DNA from: Candidatus Methanomethylophilaceae archaeon
GTDB lineage: Archaea; Thermoplasmatota; Thermoplasmata; Methanomassiliicoccales; Methanomethylophilaceae
NCBI GenBank assembly: GCA_944320495.1
Contig: CALUHR010000013.1
Span: 224,001-288,000, forward strand
Reading direction: 5' to 3'
DNA length: 64,000 bases
Shown here: piece after piece, positions 18,423 to 27,244 of the stretch
How the letters are laid out: each line of letters opens with the position of its first letter
Numbering within the stretch: position 1 is the stretch's first letter
Translations under genes and position numbers: made by a program
The notes under the pieces: generated by a model
Database searches by the model: none
Seen by the model: the letters and a program-made list of their open reading frames with translations, nothing else
Told to the model about the DNA's origin: nothing

Positions 18423-19478
18423 TCACGGCTTGAACCAGCGGAACTCGAGGTACTCGACCCTGTTCCTCCTGACCAAACCGAAGAGGATCTCCTTCTTCAC
18501 GCCGCCCGAGAGACGCACGGTCCTGGATATCTCCGGCCACATCCTGAGGCCGTCCTCCGTCACGGCGTGCACCAGGTAGCGCGCATGGGAGTCGTCGGGG
18601 GACGTCTGGTACACCCTGAAGTGAGTGCCGTACTTGAACCCGGTCTTGACCACGAGGCCCCTCTCACGGAGGTCGGAGTAGACCAGGTACCTGATCCTGA
18701 ACTCGTCCTGGATCCTCTCGCCGAACTCCATGAGGTCGTCGAAGGTCACAGGATTGTCGTCCTGGTCCAGGACGGTGAGCCTGCCCTTTCCCATGAGGTG
18801 TACGCTCTCGATCAGCGACAGTTGCAGGGCCTCGCTCATCGACTTGCCGTAGTAGCCGTAGTCCCTGAGGGCCTCCGAATGCCCGCGGTCGAACACGAAC
18901 ACCCTGTCCCTGACCAGACGTCCGACAGGCTTGGCGGACATGGGTTCGGGATACACCCTCCCGGACGGGTCGCGGAGATCAAGGGTGTAGTAGGTCAGGT
19001 CGCCCTCCTCGTCCACGACGCCGTAGAGCAGCTTCTTCCTCCTCTCGGAGACGTCGGAGACCTGCCTGACGAGGCCGGCGATGCCGACCGCGTTCCTCTC
19101 GGACACGGCACGGACCATGAACTCCGGACGGGAGTTGCTCATCGTCTTGCCGCGGGGGAAGACGGAGATGTCGTAGTCCCCCGACTCGATCTTGACGACG
19201 AATCCGCGGTTCCTCAGGTCGCGGTAGACCATGTACTTGATGTCGAAGCCCTCGAACTCGGCCGCGGCGCGGCAGAGAAGCTCCTCGAAATGGACGGGCT
19301 CGCCCTCGGGGGTGACCACCTCGAGCCTGCGGCACTCGGTGAGGTAGACGGCCTCCACGAGGTCAAGGTCGACCCCTCCGCCACTGCGGGGGTACCCGAA
19401 ATTACCCCTGGTGTAGAGCCTGCTGCCCTCGCTCTGCTCCCTGACCTCGACACGGTCCGCAAGAAGAATGCCCGCCAT
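18423..19478 (-). CDS. endA: tRNA-splicing endonuclease (homodimeric, duplicated-domain type)
   Basis: Two repeated units; YSDLRERGLVVKTGFKYGTHFRVY...HARYLV...GVKK in the C-terminal unit. ATG 19478 (ORF track starts at 19790). Confidence 0.95.
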   Translation of the reverse strand: MAGILLADRVEVREQSEGSRLYTRGNFGYPRSGGGVDLDLVEAVYLTECRRLEVVTPEGEPVHFEELLCRAAAEFEGFDIKYMVYRDLRNRGFVVKIESGDYDISVFPRGKTMSNSRPEFMVRAVSERNAVGIAGLVRQVSDVSERRKKLLYGVVDEEGDLTYYTLDLRDPSGRVYPEPMSAKPVGRLVRDRVFVFDRGHSEALRDYGYYGKSMSEALQLSLIESVHLMGKGRLTVLDQDDNPVTFDDLMEFGERIQDEFRIRYLVYSDLRERGLVVKTGFKYGTHFRVYQTSPDDSHARYLVHAVTEDGLRMWPEISRTVRLSGGVKKEILFGLVRRNRVEYLEFRWFKP

Positions 19479-19601
19479 CGGCGGGTCCACGCCATCGCCG
19501 TATATAAGGGAAAAGGGGTCTGGGATGGAATTTAAATTACACAATGTAATTAAATAAGCCCGTGACCATGTCCCTGCGTCCGCAAGGACGGATGATGTCA
19601 T

Positions 19602-20342
19602 ATGGTGAAGCAGACCGCTGGAAGGGATTCGCTCGGGGATTTCGCACCGAAGTTCGCCGAGCTGAACGACGATGTGCTGTTCGGGGAGGTGTGGTCCAGG
19701 GAGAACGGGCTGTCGCTGCGCGACAGGTCGCTGGTGACGGTCGTATCCCTGATGTCCCAGGGACTCACGGACTCGTCGTTCAGGTACCATCTGGAATCAG
19801 CGAGGAGGAACGGGATCACCAGGACGGAGATCGCCGAGATCCTCACGCATGCGGCGTTCTACGCCGGCTGGCCGAAGGCCTGGGCCGCGTTCAACATGGC
19901 CAAGGAGGTCTGGGCCGAGGAGCCGGCGGACGATGCCAGGGCAAGGCACCAGACAGAGATGGTCTTCCCGATCGGGGAGCTCAACGATTCGTATGCGCGG
20001 TACTTCACCGGAAGGAGCTACCTGGCGCCCGTGTCCACGTCCCAGATCGGGGTGTTCAACGTGACCTTCGAGCCGGGCTGCAGGAACAACTGGCACATAC
20101 ACCACGCGGAGACCGGCGGAGGGCAGATACTCATCTGCGTCGCGGGGAGGGGGCGCTACCAGGAATGGGGCGGCGAGATCCGCGAGCTGAATCCCGGGGA
20201 CGTCGTCAACATCCCCGCCAACGTGAAGCACTGGCACGGGGCGGCGCCGGACAGCTGGTTCTCCCATCTTGCGATAGAGGTCCCCGGAACGGGGACGTCG
20301 AACGAATGGTGCGAGCCCGTGGACGACTCGCAGTACCGCCGA
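19602..20342 (+). CDS. Carboxymuconolactone-decarboxylase-like plus cupin fusion protein
   Basis: FAPKFAELNDDVLFGEVWSR (CMD) and FEPGCRNNWHIH...HWHGA (cupin). First CGA at 20340; TGA end at 20351. Confidence 0.88.
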
Positions 20343-20470
20343 CCGCGATGAACGGGCCTCAGACGATCGCCCGTGCTGGACGAAGCTCCGTTCAGACCGC
20401 TTAAATACAGAACGACAGAAGTCGGATTGGGCCGGACGAAGGAATTCTTCCGGACCCAGGGCGTGGAATC

Positions 20471-21139
20471 ATGGATGAGATCGACATGATGGAGGCGATC
20501 AGGGAGAGACACTCCGTCAGGAGGTACACGAACAGGAGGATCGAGGATCCCGAGAGGAGCCGGCTCCAGGAGGTTGTAGAAGCCTGCAACGCGCAGGGCG
20601 GCCTCAGGTTCCAGCTGTTCACCGACTCTCCGGGCGCCTTCGACGGCATCCTCTCCGGGGGGTTCAGGAACGTCGTGAACTACGTCGCCCTCGTCAAGAA
20701 GATCTCCGAGCCCGACGAGAAGGTCGGGTACTACGGAGAGGAGGTGGCACTCCGCGCACAGCAGCTGGGTCTGAGGACCTGCTGGGTCGGGCTCTCCTAC
20801 AGCAAGAGGAGGTGCAGGGCGGAGATCGCCGACGACGAGAAGCTGGTATGCTTGCTGGCCGTCGGGTACGGAGAGAACGATGGGACGGCCCACAGGAGCA
20901 GGCCCGCGGACCAGATCGGAAGATGCGAGGGGGATGCCCCGGAATGGTTCTCAAAGGGCATCGAGGCCGTGATGCTGGCGCCCTCGGCCATGAACAGGCA
21001 GAGGTTCAGATTCGTCCTCCAGGGGGACGGGCGCGTAAGAGCGGAGACCTCTGGGGGCGCCTACTCCGAGGTGGACCGGGGCATAGCGAAGCTGCACTTC
21101 GAGATCGGCGCCGGGACCGACAACTTCGAGTGGGCCCGA
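20471..21139 (+). CDS. Nitroreductase family protein (ends at CGA 21137-21139)
   Basis: AIRERHSVRRY, LAPSAMNRQ and LHFEIGAGTDNFEWA; followed by CGA CGA and a hairpin. The standard-code ORF runs to 22555, antisense to trpB2. Confidence 0.88.
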
Positions 21140-21159
21140 CGACGGGATCGGGGTTTGAA

Positions 21160-21187
21160 GGGCCCCGCCCTGAATCGGGCGGGGCCG
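21160..21187. terminator. Hairpin between the convergent nitroreductase and trpB2 genes
   Basis: GGCCCCGCCC-TGAATC-GGGCGGGGCC perfect stem. Confidence 0.55.
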
Positions 21188-21193
21188 TCTGAT

Positions 21194-22519
21194 TCAGTCG
21201 TCGATCGACGAGGACTGCATGGTGCCCTCGAGATACTGGTCGTAGCCGTAGAGGTCGAGGAACCCGTGGCCGGAGAGGCAGAACACGATGGTCTTCTCCT
21301 CGCCGGTGGCCTTGCACTCCAGGGCCTTGTCGATGGCCGCCTTGATCGCATGGCAGGACTCTGGCGCTGCCACGATGCCCTCGGTCTTCGCGAAGAGAAC
21401 GCCGGCCTCGAACGTCTCGGTCTGGTCGTACGCCACCGCCGTCAGGAGGTTCTGGTCGTACGCGGCGGACACGAGCGGGGACATGCCGTGGTATCTGAGG
21501 CCTCCGGCGTGGATACTCTTGGGGATGAACTCGGACCCGAGGGTGTACATCATCAGAAGGGGCGTGACGCCGGCGGTGTCGCCGTAGTCGTACCTGAACT
21601 CCCCCTCGGTGAGCGAGGGCGCGGCCTTGGGCTCGACGGCGATGATCTCGGTCTCGCTCCTGCCCTTGATCTTCTCGTGCATCATGGGGAAGGTGAATCC
21701 GGCGAAGTTCGAACCGCCGCCGACACAGGCGATCATGTAGTCCGGGGTAATCTCGGCCTTCTGCATCTGCAGCATGGCCTCCTCCCCGATGACGGTCTGA
21801 TGCAGCATCACATGGTTCAGGACGCTGCCGAGGGCGTAGCACGTGCCCTCGTCCTTCATTGCGAGCTCGCAGGCCTCGGAGATTGCGATGCCCAGGGACC
21901 CTGTGGTGTCCGGATGCTCCTTGAGGATCTTCTTCCCGAACTCGGTGTACTCGGACGGGGAAGCGTAGACCTCGGCACCGTACATGTGCATCAGGGTCTT
22001 CCTGAAGGGCTTCTGGTTGTAGCTGCCCTTGACCATGAACACCGTGGTGTCTATGTCGAAGAGATTGGACACCATGGCGAGGGCTGTGCCCCACTGACCG
22101 GCGCCGGTCTCGGTGGTGAGTGTGTGGATGCCCGACTCCGCGTTGTAGTACGCCTGTGCGAGGGCTGTGTTGCCCTTGTGGCTGCCCAGGGGGCTCATGT
22201 CCTCCCTCTTGAAGTAGATCTTCGCGGGGGTCTTGAGGTACCTCTCGAGGCGGTAGGCCCTCTGGAGGGGCGACGGCCTGTTGAGGGCGACAAGGTTGTC
22301 CCTGACCTCCTCGGGAATGTCGATGTACCTCTCGGTGGAGGCCTCCTGCTGGATGATGGGCTTGCAGAAGATCGCCTCGAAGTCCTGCGGCTTGGCGGGC
22401 TCCTTCGTGACGGGATTGAGCGGGGGCTTGATCTCCGGGAGGTCCGCGGCGAGGTTGTACCAGCGCTTGGGGATCTCCTCGGGATCGAGTGTGATGCGAA
22501 CGTCCTTCGGTATTGCCAT
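21194..22519 (-). CDS. trpB2: TrpB-like PLP enzyme (tryptophan synthase beta, type 2)
   Basis: GSHKGNTA (PLP Lys), TETGAGQWG, GGGSNFAG, GGLRYHG and SGHG motifs; no trpA nearby. Confidence 0.93.
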   Translation of the reverse strand: MAIPKDVRITLDPEEIPKRWYNLAADLPEIKPPLNPVTKEPAKPQDFEAIFCKPIIQQEASTERYIDIPEEVRDNLVALNRPSPLQRAYRLERYLKTPAKIYFKREDMSPLGSHKGNTALAQAYYNAESGIHTLTTETGAGQWGTALAMVSNLFDIDTTVFMVKGSYNQKPFRKTLMHMYGAEVYASPSEYTEFGKKILKEHPDTTGSLGIAISEACELAMKDEGTCYALGSVLNHVMLHQTVIGEEAMLQMQKAEITPDYMIACVGGGSNFAGFTFPMMHEKIKGRSETEIIAVEPKAAPSLTEGEFRYDYGDTAGVTPLLMMYTLGSEFIPKSIHAGGLRYHGMSPLVSAAYDQNLLTAVAYDQTETFEAGVLFAKTEGIVAAPESCHAIKAAIDKALECKATGEEKTIVFCLSGHGFLDLYGYDQYLEGTMQSSSIDD

Positions 22520-23237
22520 GAGAGGATGATGGCCATCGCTGATATTTGTATATAATGGTATGTTGGTGTATAATATTATTCAATATTTGACTTGTTAATG
22601 ATTAAATGTCTGATGACCATATACCAATGAACGTGGATGTCATGAGACCACCTTTTCGGGATGAACAATCGTAGCGTGCGCGGGCGATCGCCTCGAAGAA
22701 TGGGGACGGCAGCCGCCTGAGGATCATCCAGAGCCAATGCTCGGACGTCTCGTACGGGAATCGGCGGCGAGGCGCGAATGCGACCTCGGGGAAGGCATTC
22801 GTGGATCCGATGGGGGCGGGATCGGCATCATCCTGCAGATTCGAGGCTCCTAACGGCGCGATCCTCGTGAGGCATGTCGCAGGCCGCTGCCTCCACCTCG
22901 TCCATGGTCCTTCCCCAGCCGACCGCCTTTCCATCCCGGCGACCGGGTCGCATCCCATCCCAGCTCCGGGAATCCCACAGGCCAGGCGATGTGGCACATA
23001 GCGTACCCGTATTAAAGGCAATTCGCCTAACATGAACGAATAAAATATGTGATGTAGCTCAATATAATGGTCTGTCGGAATTGTCTGGCACTGTCCGAGA
23101 CCGAGGGATCCCTCATGGGTCAATCATCTCGCGGATGCCAGGTCGGACCCATCGGCCATCGCGGCGTTCGCGTCGCGGGCGGGCGCGCCTTTTAGATTAA
23201 ATATTTAATCAAAGCACCCATCGCACCGCCGATTAGC

Positions 23238-24782
23238 ATGCACTGGGCAGACGTTATTGCCAAGGATGTCGTGGACAACTGCGACCATCCGCTCATCGCG
23301 ACCGGGATCAGCCCGACGGGTATCCTGCATGTGGGCAGCCTCAGGGAGGCCATCACCGGCGAGTCCATCCGCAGCGCCGTCGAGGCCATGGGGAAGGAAG
23401 TCAGACTCATCTACCTCATCGACGACTTCGACCCCCTGAGGAAACGCTACCCGTTCCTCCCCGAGGAGTATGAGCAGTACGTCGGGATGCCCATCTGCCG
23501 CATCCCCTGCCCCTGCGGGAAGCACCAGAACTACGCCCACCACTTCATCCAGCCGTTCCTCGACACCATCGAGACCCTGGGCATGCACTGCGAGGTGGTC
23601 TGGACCCACGAGCTCTACGAGAAGGGCGAGTTCGCCGAGTGCATCGACAAGGCCCTGACCAAGAGGGACGAGGTGATCGAGATCCTCCACGAGGTCACCG
23701 GCAAGGCGGCGGACCCCAACTACGCCCCTTACAACCCCATCTGCAGCAAGTGCGGGCGCTTCTGCCACCCCAAGTTCGACACCTACAAGTTCCCCCACCT
23801 GGAGTACGAGTGCACCTGCGGGAACAAGGGCGTCGCCAACGTCTCCAAGGGCGAGGGGAAGCTGACCTGGAGGCTCGAGTGGCCCGCCAAGTGGTCCATC
23901 TTCGGCACCTCCGCGGAGCCCTTCGGCAAGGACCACGCCGCGGCCGGCGGATCCTACGAGTCCGGCAAGATCATCATGGAGAGGATCTACGGCGGCAAGG
24001 CACCGTTCCCCATACCCTACGAGTTCGTCCAGCTCAAGGGGATCGGGCAGATGCACAAGTCCCTGGGGAGCCCCGTCACCGGCCTCGACGCCATCAATAT
24101 GATGCCCCCGGAGGTCCTGAACTACCTGTTCCTCAGGGTCAACCCCCCGAAGAGCATCGACTTCGACCCCGGGCTCGGAGTCCTGGACATGATCGACGAG
24201 TACGACAGGATGGAGAGGCTCTACTTCGGCGGCGAGTGGTCCGAGTCCGAGGAGAACTCCGTCGCGGCGTACAAGATCGCCCAGCACAACCGCATCCCCT
24301 CCAAGCTTCCCCTGCAGATCCCCTGCAGGCACCTGATCAACGTCATCCAGATGGCCAACTCCTTCGACGAGGTCGTCGAGATCCTGAAGAGGACCATCGA
24401 CCTGTCCCAGGCCACCATGGAGGACATGGACAGGCTCAGGACCAGGGTCGACTGCCTCAGGTACTGGCTCAACGGATTCGCACCCGACATGGTGAAGTTC
24501 AGCATCCGCCAGACCATCCCGACCTCCGTCGAGCTGACCATGAACGACAAGACGTTCTACCAGGCCCTCGTCCAGAGGTTCAACGACATCAACTGGGACG
24601 TCGACTCGATCAACACGGCCTTCAACGAGGTCGCCAAGACCATGCCCGTCGGATCCAAGGGCGCCTACAAGGCGATGTACAAGATCCTCATCGCCAAGGA
24701 GGCGGGACCCAGGCTCGCGCTCTTCCTTGCCAGCATGGACAAGAAGTTCGTCATCAACAGGCTCATCCAGGCCTGCCAGTGA
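23238..24782 (+). CDS. lysS: Lysine--tRNA ligase, class I
   Basis: MHWAD, GISPTGILHVGSLRE, EPFGKDHAAAGGSY and MHKSLG motifs. Confidence 0.96.
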   Translation: MHWADVIAKDVVDNCDHPLIATGISPTGILHVGSLREAITGESIRSAVEAMGKEVRLIYLIDDFDPLRKRYPFLPEEYEQYVGMPICRIPCPCGKHQNYAHHFIQPFLDTIETLGMHCEVVWTHELYEKGEFAECIDKALTKRDEVIEILHEVTGKAADPNYAPYNPICSKCGRFCHPKFDTYKFPHLEYECTCGNKGVANVSKGEGKLTWRLEWPAKWSIFGTSAEPFGKDHAAAGGSYESGKIIMERIYGGKAPFPIPYEFVQLKGIGQMHKSLGSPVTGLDAINMMPPEVLNYLFLRVNPPKSIDFDPGLGVLDMIDEYDRMERLYFGGEWSESEENSVAAYKIAQHNRIPSKLPLQIPCRHLINVIQMANSFDEVVEILKRTIDLSQATMEDMDRLRTRVDCLRYWLNGFAPDMVKFSIRQTIPTSVELTMNDKTFYQALVQRFNDINWDVDSINTAFNEVAKTMPVGSKGAYKAMYKILIAKEAGPRLALFLASMDKKFVINRLIQACQ

Positions 24783-24866
24783 AACACGTTCCAGGAGGGG
24801 TGGATATGCCCCTCCGCAACCCTTCTCCGTCGATACCATTACAATGGTGACCCCGATACGGCGGTC

Positions 24867-25340
24867 ATGGAACTGACCCCCAAGAGATTCTTCATCACGC
24901 ACAGCTCGGCCACCAGCGAGGTCTCCGACCTCAACGCGTTCGACAGGGCGCTGATCAAGGCAGGCATAGGGGAGCAGAACCTCGTGTCAGTGTCGTCGGT
25001 CATCCCCATCGACGCTGAGCGCGTCGAGATCTGCGAGATGCCCATGGGGGCTGTCACGCACTGCGTGCTCGCGCAGATGAGAGGGACCGAGGGGGAGATG
25101 ATCGCAGCCGGGATCGCCTACGCCTTCAGAAAGGACGGCAAGGGCGGATACGTGGCCGAGGGACACATCCACGGATCGGCGGAGTCCCTGAGGGAGAACC
25201 TCGCCTGGAAGATGAGGGAGATGTCCAACATCAGGGGAGTGGAATTCGGGGAGGTCCAGTTCGCCCTGGAGGAGCTCCGCATCCCCAAGGACATGTACGG
25301 GTGCTGCGTGGCGGCGCTGGTGTTCACCGAGTACAGGTGA
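24867..25340 (+). CDS. pdaD: Pyruvoyl-dependent arginine decarboxylase
   Basis: AFDRALIKAGIGEQNLVSVSSVIP with the Ser-Ser autocleavage site. Confidence 0.9.
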   Translation: MELTPKRFFITHSSATSEVSDLNAFDRALIKAGIGEQNLVSVSSVIPIDAERVEICEMPMGAVTHCVLAQMRGTEGEMIAAGIAYAFRKDGKGGYVAEGHIHGSAESLRENLAWKMREMSNIRGVEFGEVQFALEELRIPKDMYGCCVAALVFTEYR

Positions 25341-25391
25341 ACAGAGAGGTCCATATTTCGATGGCACGGGCAATAGACTGGGGATTCCACT

Positions 25392-26987
25392 TCGTTCGAC
25401 CCTAGCTACAACATCGAAATCGTCACTAACGCCCAGAGCCTCGAACAGCCTTGGCACTCTCCTGTCCCGCGACCCTCTGATCAATCCATTGACCGTAATC
25501 GTCGCCTTGTATGTCGAGGCCATGAGGAACGCCCTGGAGACGTCGACATCCTTCATACCGGCGGCGTCGAGAGTCCTCTGTATCTCCGAGTAGATCGTTA
25601 TCGCGATGAACTCGATGAACAGATGCGGTTCTGTGCGGACGCCCTTGCAGATATAACGCTTCAGCTGCCTGGAGCCACCATTGAACTGGGCTATCGCCCT
25701 GGAGATCGCGGTCCTCGCCACGCGCCCGGACACCACGTCATCCCATTCAGCCGAGCGCAGGACGACAAACGTCTTCCCCGCATCGGTCCTGAACTCAGAA
25801 ATCCTGCCGCGCCTTCTGATGAGACTCATGGTCCCATCCTCATCGATGACGTAGCGTAGGAACCGCTCGAACCGCCCTGCGACCTTCTCGAAGGCCTCCG
25901 CCGGATACTCGAACACCTTCCCCTCCAGACGGAATTCTATGTCAGAGAGGGCATCCCTCAGGGCCACGACCTCCTCCGCCCTCATACGCGGGTCGTAACA
26001 GAGGAACGATATGAGGCCCATAACCGCATCCCCGAACCTGGGATCTGTCTGTGGCACCAAGATCTGCCCTCCCGTGCCCTGCAAAAGCCCGACGACCCCC
26101 TCCTGAAGATAATACTCCCTCCCGGAATGCTCCTTCCTGAAGCATGGGGATTCCACGTCCCGGTAATCGGACTGCACCGCCCGGAACTGATCGGAATCTG
26201 CGGCGTACGGTATCGCGAAGTCCACATCGCCATCTATCAAGCCCGTGAGATCCAGAGTGGGACTGATCGCCGTGTCCGCGATGAACACACAGTCCGAGGT
26301 CTTGCGAATCGACTGCATGACCTCCACCAGCTCCGACGTATCACGGGAAATGTCACCCACGGGGCTGAACGCTATAGGCATCCCGTCCTCGGTCATTATG
26401 ATCAGGATGGAGACCTCGGTCGCGGGGTCCCTCCTCTCCCGGGCCTGTATGATGTCGTCAGAATCGATCGTCTGATGCGCATATGCGTAGAGCTTCCCGG
26501 AATGCATGGACCATCTGCGTCTGAAGAATGCGAACATCCTGTCAAGGTCGATGGAATTTACAATCCCGCGCACATCCGCGCTCCCGATGCGAGCATCGAG
26601 ACCCAGCAGGTATGGGATGCACGAAGAGTTGAGCACCAGATCGATCGAATCCGATGGTGTCGGCCTGATAGCCTGCGCCAGCGCCAGGGCGAGTATCCTG
26701 TCCGCATCCTTCCCGAACACTCCCTCAAGGTCCTCGCGAATGCCCAGGCGCTCGGCCACGGTAAACGCCAGAAGGGCATCCCCATAGTTGACCATCCTGG
26801 CCCCGTCCGGGGGCAGCTCGCGTGGAGGTACACGGGCGACCTTCTCATGTATCTCCCCCGTCTCCGGATCGACCACGCCCAGATACCGCTTGACCGAGAC
26901 GGGGTTCTTCCTCCCCGGCACGCGTTTGGACGTGGACGTGTATGCGTATGTCTTGCCGTTGCGGTTCTCGTACCTTATGGACGACAT
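25392..26987 (-). mobile_element. IS1634-like (IS4 superfamily) transposase homologue with a degenerate DDE motif (ends at CGA 25394-25392)
   Basis: N-terminus YAYTSTSKRVPGRKNP...YLGVVDPETG, central FIADT, and C-terminal HLFIEFIA. No terminal inverted repeats seen. The standard-code ORF runs to 24987, into pdaD. Start ATG 26987 or 26996. Confidence 0.65.
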
Positions 26988-27015
26988 GGCGACCATCCAT
27001 CCTCGGTCTGTGCGA

Positions 27016-27201
27016 TCGGTCCCTGTCGGACAGGAGCCTTCCCGCGGTCGCGATGCTCTCGCGCGGCAGCTCGTGGAACAACACTGTGATGGCCTGCTCG
27101 GGGATGCCAGATATCCTGGAGAACTCCGTCGTGATGACGGTGGCCGCCTCCCTCTTCTTCTCCACCGTGAGCTGCGACGATTCGATGGTTATTACCGGCA
27201 T
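27016..27201 (-). CDS. 4-oxalocrotonate tautomerase family protein (61 aa; ends at CGA 27018-27016)
   Basis: Catalytic Pro at the N-terminus (MPVITI), TVEKKRE and AGRLLSD. The family is about 60-65 aa long. The standard-code ORF extends to 26845. Confidence 0.9.
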
Positions 27202-27244
27202 GCGCAGTGCATGGAGCTACGCGCAAATCAATATTTTGTCGGTT

